64,000 nt of DNA from Octopus vulgaris. Its lineage: Eukaryota. Shown piece after piece: positions 55,028-64,000 of this stretch. How positions within the stretch are numbered: the first letter of the stretch is position 1; every line of letters starts with the position of its first letter. The translations under genes were made by a program, and so were the position numbers. The stretch covers positions 102,176,001-102,240,000 of the forward strand of contig OX597819.1 in the NCBI GenBank assembly GCA_951406725.2, read 5' to 3'. The notes beneath the pieces were generated by a model, which saw nothing but the letters and a program-made list of their open reading frames with translations, was not told the origin of the DNA and searched no databases.

Positions 55028-55085
<58 letters not shown>

Positions 55086-55178
55086 GGATATATAAACAAT
55101 ATATTTGTATGTGTACGTATGCAATCTGTATGTATGTGTGTATAAATGTGCATGTTCGTGTGTATGTGTGAGTGCGTG

Positions 55179-55228
<50 letters not shown>

Positions 55229-55238
55229 GAGAGATATG

Positions 55239-55274
<36 letters not shown>

Positions 55275-55379
55275 TATACATAAGCATATATATGTACATA
55301 TATATACACAAGCATATATATATGTACATATATATATACATAAGCATATATATATATATGTACATATATATATACATAA

Positions 55380-55442
<63 letters not shown>

Positions 55443-55824
55443 ATATATGCGAGTGTATGTGATTGTGTATATGTTACTGTGCGTGTGCTCCTAAGCCTGG
55501 CCTGATGCCGAAGACTGAGGAGGAGTGTGTCAACAATAAACAACATGTACATCATATAGATAATACATCACCAGTGTGTGTTAAATCCTGTTGAGTGTCC
55601 ATTTCGATTCAGTGCAGTTCATGCTTTGCCCATGTCTACTAATAAATACAAAGAAATATATATACATACATATATAGATATACATATATGCATATGTGCA
55701 TAAAGATATATATATATATATATATGTATACACTTATGCATATTATATATGTATATGAGCGCACAGACATGCACATATTCCTATGTGTTGTTTATGTGCG
55801 CTCGTGTATATATATCTATATGTA

Positions 55825-56075
55825 TATAATACATTATAATTGAAAAGTTCCGGTTTCCAGTACTCAGAGTTGTGAGTTTCCTATCATCAGCTGCTAAACA
55901 AGAAAGGCATCTTCAAATCAGAAATATTCAAAAGAAAACAAACAAATTGATGATCGAAAACAAGAAACTTTGTGTACTGGAAATTAGATCCTTTCAGGTA
56001 TAATATATTAAATTATAGGCTACATTTGTATTGAGTCCTCTAATATATCGCTTCTGGTGAGAGAATAGAGATTTA
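55825..56075 (-). mobile_element. ~250 bp TA-flanked element with hammerhead relic
   Basis: Minus strand AG-CUGAUGA-UAG..ACUCA/UGAGU..CUG-GAAA-CCGG at about 55845-55892; shares agctgatgatag with the 2063-2115 motif. Confidence 0.45.
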
Positions 56076-56099
56076 CATATATATATATATATATATATA

Positions 56100-56329
56100 A
56101 TTTCTTTACTGCCCACAAGGGGTTGCATACAGAGGGGACAAACAAGGACAGACAAACGGATTTACTAAGTCGATTAGATCGACTCCAGTGCGTAACTGGT
56201 ACTTAATTTATCGACCTCCGAAAGGATGAAAGGCAAAGTCGACCTCGGCGGAATTTGAACTCAGAACGTAAAGCCAGACGAAATACTGCAAAGCATTTCG
56301 CTCGGTGTGCTAACGTTTCTGCCAGCTCA
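56100..56329 (-). mobile_element. SINE family A, full length
   Basis: Highly similar to 4676-4907. Confidence 0.92.
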
Positions 56330-56345
56330 CGTGTATGTGTGTGTT

Positions 56346-56385
<40 letters not shown>

Positions 56386-56519
56386 TGTGTGTGTGTGCGT
56401 GTGCGTAAATTTATATATATATATATATATGTATGTACATCCATCTATATGCATACAGCCATATAGTCTAACTTGTTCACTACTGATCTAACCATATATA
56501 CTTAACTAACAATTGTTTA

Positions 56520-56577
<58 letters not shown>

Positions 56578-57294
56578 TTTCATTGGGATATTGAAACCTT
56601 AATCTGAGGCAGTGATGTCTGAAATATTTCTTCAGATTATACATCTTAATCGCAAATATTGGTCTAAAGTTCTCATTTCATTGTGGTTAGGGGACGTAGA
56701 TTTGTTTGTATTTTTGAAGAGATATGAGAATGTTTACGACGTTTTCTTTGCAAGTTCATATGTTAAATGAGTGAACTCAATGCTTGGCTTCCAAAGGGTA
56801 TGCCATGTGTTGCAAACGCCTAGTGAATAAAATTGGTTCAACAGAAAGAGAACTGAACTCTATTTTACATTTCATCCGAAGAATCAATATTGTTATGAAG
56901 CTGATAGTGATTTTATTATTCTGCAAATCTCAGGTAAATATTTTCTTCTAGAGTTACTGTGAGCAAATATGACGAAACGGTGGCTTTCTAAGATGTACCA
57001 TTGCAAACTCTTCACCCCGCATGAGTTCTGAATGGGGAGATCTGTGATAAAAAGGCATTCCAGCCATGAGCCTCAATTCTTTAACTGACCATAGACCTGC
57101 AAGAAGTAACAGTTAAATCTCATTCAAAAAACACTCTACAGCCTAAGCTATGTTTGTCTTGTTCTCTGAATTGCTTCAGTATATCTCGCTGTGTTAACAA
57201 AGGGAAAGATTTTGTTTAACTCTAAGACAAGTAAACATGGTTCCGCTTGTGACTGCCAAGTCTGGTTTCCTGTATTTAAGATACGATCCAAGGT

Positions 57295-57510
57295 AGCGCG
57301 CTCTGTCAGAATCGTTTATACATCGAGCAAAATGCTTAGCGGAATTTCGCCCGTCTTTTACGTTCTTAGTCCAATTTCCGTCAAGGTTGACTTTGCCATT
57401 CATCCTTTCGACGTCGATAAAAGAAGTATCATTTGAGCATTTGTGTCGGTGTAATCGACTTAACTACGTCCTCTGGGTTTGCCGGCTTTCTGCCAAAATT
57501 TGAAAACTAT
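57295..57510 (+). mobile_element. SINE family A, degenerate full length
   Basis: caaaatgcttagcggaatttcgcccg...ggttgactttgccattcatcctttcg...gtaatcgactta. Confidence 0.82.
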
Positions 57511-57859
57511 ATTTACGATTCCATTGAGCAATATGTTCTTCATATTCTTGCTCGCGATTTGAAAAAATATTCCGTTCCAATTCCTAGGGTATTGGCTCTT
57601 TCATGGTGCAGTAAAACGAGGGATATCCATGTACCAATGTATGTATTATATATATATTTCGTTTATGAATCTGTCTATCGATCAGCTATCGATCAGTCTA
57701 TCATTTATAAACACGTATTTATGTTTATGTACATTTAAATGAGTACATCTAGATGAATATATCTGGATATCGATATATATATATGTGTGTGAATTTATGT
57801 ATGTATTTGTGTGTGCATGTGTATGAATATATATACCCTTATATAATTAGATATGCATA

Positions 57860-57894
<35 letters not shown>

Positions 57895-58539
57895 TTCATA
57901 TATACATATATATGAACTGACATTCTAAATACATATATATTATGTGTATTTGTGTATGTGTTTGTGTGTATGTGTCTGTCGGCGTATATATGTGTGTGTG
58001 TGTGTGAAGAAACACACTCACGCATGCACACACTGAACTGGTTGTAAATGTCAGCATTGTAAAAAAAAAAGAAGGAATGGTAAACCTATTAATTTATTAA
58101 ATGTGTTCTACATTCTATATTCTCCATTAATATTTAGCTGAGAAAATTCCAGTGTTTTTAAAAAAATTATAACTATTATCAATATAGATCAGTTTATATT
58201 TAATTCGATAATGTAATGAGCATATATCTGTATATTTAATTTCCTGATGTAATTAGAATATATTTATACGGTGAACTGGCAGAGTTGTTAGAGCGTCTGA
58301 TATTTTCCTACCATCACATCAACTGTTCAAATATAGCCAAAGACATCTTTACGTTTCATCCCTTCAAATCTTTAGGTAAAGATACCGGGGGTCTCCCTCT
58401 GTCTCTCAATGTGAATCAGACTTTTCAGACTTACAGGAAAATGCTAGTTTACAATACATCCCTAGTAAAGAAGATCGAAAGCTTCTTTTGAAATCATTTA
58501 TCATGATTCTCTTTCAGGTCTACAAACTCTTGTATCTAT

Positions 58540-59230
58540 GTCGCTCTCACCCTTCCTGCACAAACAGTTCGCCTAGACCTGCATCGTTCAATATGCCTGT
58601 TTTCTTAGACAGTAAAGGGTTGAGATTTGAATTATATTTCACTGGTATTTCTAGCAGGCTCATTTACCACGCGGTGTTTTCGGCGTATGCACGTGTGCAA
58701 GTAGTGTATATATACAAATATATACATATTTTGTTTAATAATATTCAACACGCTTTACTTCACTAATTGCTCTATTTTTTCACTAATGATTAATTATTAA
58801 CGATGGTAGGAGTGGGGCTGTAAGTGGTTCTGTGTCGTACAAGACATAGCAGTTAGGTCTCCCTCAAGTTCTATTTTGCTGACTTTGTGAAAAAGATATG
58901 TACTGGATACAAAAATCCATCATTATTTATCTGAAAACTGAAAAACAAACATAAAAGTGTCGAGAGGATCATAGATGGAGCGTCGAACAATCATAATTTA
59001 CTTTGATCAGAGTTAATGTGCAACAGCAACAGGTCAAAGAGGGAACAAATAAGTGGTTAATTGGCTTCTTAGAAACTGCATTTAAATCTTCCTTTATCTT
59101 GAATATACAAATGGATAGAGAAGAAAAAGATTGATGAAAACTATGAAATATCAATTAATAAGATGAATCGATTGGAGTGTTTTATGATATGTAGTGCTTG
59201 AGGTTGACCAAGTGTTAAACAACAACAACA
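58540..59230. mobile_element. Three degenerate family F copies (one -, two +)
   Basis: ggtatttctagcagg (-); atagcagttaggtctccctcaag...tttgatcagag...caacagcaac (+); tagaaactgcatttaaatcttcc...ttaaacaacaacaac (+). Confidence 0.5.
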
Positions 59231-59283
59231 TTTCGTACTTCATAACATGTAAATTATATTTTAATATACGCATGTATTATAAC

Positions 59284-59497
59284 GTGGCGAACTGGGAGAG
59301 TGGTTACGGCGCCGGACAATATGCTTAGCACCATTTCGTCTGATCTTCATGGTCTCAGTTCAAATGCCGCTGTGGTCTACATTGCCTTTCATCCTTTTGG
59401 GGTCGATTAAATAAGTACCAGGTGATCGATATAATCGATATAATCGATTCGTCCACTGCCCCGAAATGTGCTGTTCTAGTACCAACATTTGAAATCA
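59284..59497 (+). mobile_element. SINE family A, degenerate full length
   Basis: gtggcgaactggg...atgcttagc...cagttcaaatgccg...ttgcctttcatccttttggggtcgattaaataagtaccag. Confidence 0.85.
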
Positions 59498-59778
59498 ATA
59501 TGCCTAGATTTATAGATTTTATATTGATGTGAATATATACAATTTAGCATGCATAGTCTCTCGTTCATTCTCTCACAAATACAAGCACACACACATATAT
59601 GTCCGTATATCTTTAGCTTTATGCATGCGTGTGTGCATGTGTGTGCAGTAAACTTAAACTAGTTGTGTGGGTGGACACACTCTTGTGTTTATGTGTGTGT
59701 GTAAATATGTATATATATGCATTATATATCTATATATAAATATATATACGCATGTATATACATATATATCCATACATA

Positions 59779-59828
<50 letters not shown>

Positions 59829-60345
59829 TAATATACACATGTATTTTTATCTATATCCATACATACACACACACAAATTTGTATACACAGTGAAATATAC
59901 ACATGTATATGTAGCTTCCTCATGTATAAGAAACAGTCCCCCGAAACTAAATATTCTATCAAGCTCCTCACCCCAATAAACGTCTCAAACATCATATGAT
60001 TGACGGTTAGGGAAGGAGGTGAAGCGAAGATGAGAAAGATGAACGCCTGTGCCAACGAAAATGTGTGTGTGTGTGTGTGTGCATATAGATGTATATGTAC
60101 GCATGTGTGTGTCGTCCTATACCTTCGGTTTCGTATACGCGTGTGTCCGTGCGTGTGTGCGTGTGTGTGTGTGTGGTTGGAGGTGGGGGCAGTGTGAAGC
60201 TAAATCGGTGAAACATTGCAGGCAGACATGCAAGGTGCACACTGAGGGAATATTAACAGCAGCAGGTAAACACAGCAGCAGTAATGGTGACGATAGTGAT
60301 GATGATGATGACATTGATGATGGTGATGACGACAATAAATAAAAA

Positions 60346-60401
<56 letters not shown>

Positions 60402-61134
60402 AAATAATGAACGTTGCCTGTCATTGCACTGGTTTATCAATCACTGCAAGCCGTAAGTGGGTAGGTATTTTACATAATTAAAAGTTAGGGACAGTAAGAC
60501 ATGAGGGGAGAGAGGGGGAAACGGAGGGAGCAAGAAAGGGGTGATGGTGATGGTGGTGGTGGAGTATAATATTGGGTTGGGGGACAGTGAGAAGGTCAGC
60601 ACGTGGACGGGTAGATGCTTGATGAATTGGTGTCATCATCATCAACATCACCATGACCACGATTATGATCATTACCATCTCTACCACCGCCGCGACTACA
60701 TCCATCACGATCATCATCACTATCATTATCATTAATAAATAACATCATCACTACCTTCACATCCGTCAGCAACACCACCACTGCCGCCAACGCTATGTGT
60801 CCCCTACTACTGCGGCTACTGCTGCTACTAAGTTAACACTATATAACATCAACGATTCTCTCACGTTCACAATAGCAACAACAGAAATCTTGAACTGACA
60901 CTATTACCTCCACCACCACATCTACCACGAATTTATCCTCCTCCTCCAAATCGTCATCATCATCATCATCACCATCATCAACAACAATAGAATAGCAGTC
61001 TTAGCTGCAGGCACTATCATCATCACCATCTTTCACATCACAACCAAACCACTGCCATCATCAGTGTCATCATCAACAATGCCAGCATCTTCATCACCAC
61101 CACCACCACCAGTAACCACTACTATCATCATCAC

Positions 61135-61355
61135 AAGCTGAGATGGGAGCTTCTACAAACGTCCTAGAAATAGTGGACAAATCTCACTCAAATCTTATGG
61201 TTTAATTTAAGGAGAAAAATAACACAAATTGCATAATAATGATGATAAGCCTGGGTTCCGTCTTCTTAGGGACAAGAAACAAAAACAAGGTTCTTTGATT
61301 GTAGGTTTGTTTGATCAGAGATGATTAGGGGCCAGACAACCACAACAACAACAAC
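61135..61355 (+). mobile_element. Old repeat family F
   Basis: gggagcttctac...ctagaaatagtggacaaatctcactcaaatc...tttgatcagagatga...ggggccagacaaccacaacaac. Confidence 0.55.
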
Positions 61356-61447
61356 GACCGCAAGATTGTTTCACTACCCCTAACTGAAGTACAAAATTTC
61401 AATTTATGTGTATATAAGTGTAAGTCTCAATATTATATATATGTATA

Positions 61448-61493
<46 letters not shown>

Positions 61494-61499
61494 TGTATG

Positions 61500-61541
<42 letters not shown>

Positions 61542-61800
61542 AGTATATTTATATATTTATGTATATATATGTTTATATATGTCATGTATCTATGTATAAA
61601 TATACTATATATATATATGAATATATATATTCATATATTCATATATATGCATGTATATTAAAATATGAATAAGTATATATATATATATATATATATTAAT
61701 ATATATGAATAGGTATATATACATATATATATATATACACATATGAATATATATATATATATATATATATCTTATATATACATATATAATATATACATAT

Positions 61801-62130
61801 GAAGGCGCATGGCTCAGTGGTTAGAGCGTCGAGCTTACGATCGTGAGGTTGTGAGTTCGATTCCCAGACAGGGCTGCGTGTTGTGTACTTGAGCAAGACA
61901 CTTTATTTCACATTGCTCCAGTTAACTCAGCTGTAGAAATGAGTTACATCACTGATGCTAAGCTGTATCGTCCTTTGCCTTTCCCTTGGATAACATCGGT
62001 GGTGTGAAGAATGGAGGCTGGTATGCATGGGTGACTGCTGGCCTTTCACAAAAAACCTTGCCCGGATTTGTACCTGGGAGGGTAACTTTCTAGGGACATT
62101 CCCCCATGGTCATTCATGACCGAAGGGGTC
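61801..62130 (+). mobile_element. tRNA-derived SINE family C, full length
   Basis: A box tggctcagtgg 61810-61820 and B box agttcgattcc 61854-61864; matches 45087-45437 inverted. Confidence 0.9.
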
Positions 62131-62210
62131 TCCTCCTCCTCATATATATGCATATGTATGTATATATATAAATATATACATATTTATACTTATATATACA
62201 TATTTATACT

Positions 62211-62255
<45 letters not shown>

Positions 62256-62286
62256 TTATACTTATATTTACATATATATAAATACA

Positions 62287-62322
<36 letters not shown>

Positions 62323-62365
62323 CATATTTATACTTATATTTACATATATATAAATACATATATAT

Positions 62366-62434
<69 letters not shown>

Positions 62435-62876
62435 TAGAGGGAAACCACTAATTCATATGCTAGACCACTGGTGTGAAATCGATGTTAATAAAATTAATAT
62501 CTAATTTCTCACCCTCTTTTTAAATTTACACACACACACACAGATACATATATATATATATATATATTTGAATCCCGGATCAGCCTCCTTACACATGGAT
62601 ATGTCTCCAACAATAATAAATCTTTACTTTTTTTTTTTTTGGCTTGAGTGGAGCATGGTGCCCCATATTTGACTAAACGCCTTCACCAGGTGTTGCTATT
62701 AAGTTTAACATGGCCTGGACCTTTACTGGTGGAAACCTATTAAAGTTATATATATATTGTGTGTGTTTGTGTGTATGTATGTATATATATACATATGCAT
62801 ATATATCTACATATATACATATATATATATATGCATGTATATCATATATATATATATGCATGTGTGTATAGTGAAT

Positions 62877-63141
62877 GCACATGGCCTAGTAGTTAGAGCA
62901 TCGCACTCGTCGTCGCGGGGTCGCAGGTTCGAACCTCAGACAGGGCGATATGTGTGTTTATGAGCGAAACACCTAAGCTCTCAGCGGCTCTTCTGCTGAC
63001 TCCTTCTCCACAACTTTCTCTCATTCTTTACTTCTGCATCTAGCAGCTCACCTGTGATCACCGGCGGCCCTTCTAGGTGGCGAACGTATTCACCAATGGA
63101 ACCGGGAAGTTGTCCCTTATGATCCCTTATGAGATGGAACT

Positions 63142-63151
<10 letters not shown>
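62877..63151 (+). mobile_element. tRNA-derived SINE family D, full length with (CAA)n tail
   Basis: atggcctagtagttagagc...ggttcgaacc...gagcgaaacacctaagctc...acaacaacaa. Confidence 0.85.
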
Positions 63152-63179
<28 letters not shown>

Positions 63180-64000
63180 CTCATACATATATATATATAC
63201 ATACATACACACACACAAATGTGCACACAAACACACGTACACAGTCACGATATGTATATATACATGCATACATACACACGCACATGAAGAATCGTTTGGA
63301 GAAGATATTGTCTGCTGTTTCTTGCAAATCGATAAGGTCTCTTTTGTTAATATGAGGAGCTATACCGAAATACATTCCAACTGTGACCGCCCTGTCTTCA
63401 TTCTTATAAATAATGTAGTGAAACCACATACTTATATTCTTTTTGCTTATTTCATATATTTGACTGCGACTATGCTGGAGCAACTTCTTTTCTGTGTGTG
63501 TGTGTGTGTAGTCTGGAGCGTATTTCATTACTATATACTTGAGTGTCCCACAGATCGATTCTTGCAGGTGTTGCTAGTGATGATGATGATGCAGGTTGAT
63601 GAAGACAGAGTAACAGAATGATGTAGAACGATTGGATCACACGGAGTGAACCGAGACTAGAGAGAGGGAGGCGTGTGAGAGATGGGGTGAAGGGCAAGAG
63701 GGACAGACAGACAGACAGGATGAAGATTGACAAAAACAAGGGAAAAAAACCTGTATAGGACAATGGAGAGCAGAGTTCAAATGGATATAGGACCGGAATT
63801 TCTGATAATTGCCCTCGTACTGAGAACAATGATGGTGATGATAAAGATGATAGTAATGAAGGCAATGGTGACTACTATGATGATGATGATGATGATGATG
63901 ATGGTGAAAACGAAGATTTCTTTATTAACCGCTGGGACATAAAAGAATGGTTTCATAGGGAGAGTCTACGGCGGTTCACAGAAAAAAAAAGAGAAAACAA

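Noticed and set aside
61803-61870. tRNA-like sequences here and at 51535 and 62877
   Set aside because: No clean cloverleaf and they continue into repeat bodies; treated as SINE heads, not tRNA genes

Overview
AT-rich, gene-poor eukaryotic DNA (intron or intergenic), saturated with microsatellites ((TA)n, (CA)n, (GA)n, (AAT)n, (GATA)n, (TATG)n, (GAA)n and others) and short interspersed repeats. The repeat content and a mollusc-type 5S rRNA sequence suggest a coleoid cephalopod, probably Octopus (inference). No protein-coding gene is supportable: nearly all supplied ORFs are translations of microsatellites or SINEs. I resolve four tRNA-headed SINE groups (local labels A-D), a short (TA)n-embedded element E, an old degenerate repeat F and one decayed LINE 3' fragment. 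The most notable signals are: (1) several distinct ~170-300 bp elements sitting in or next to (TA)n tracts that carry minimal type I hammerhead-ribozyme motifs with palindromic stem III, as known from Penelope-like retroelements; the best has a canonical core at 2063-2115 (-); (2) a near full-length 5S rRNA copy fused to the 3' tail of SINE family B (candidate 5S-derived SINE, 36754-36915 -); (3) (TA)n-centred fold-back inversions; (4) head/body/tail swapping among SINE families. All alignments and folds were done by eye, and repeat boundaries are approximate.
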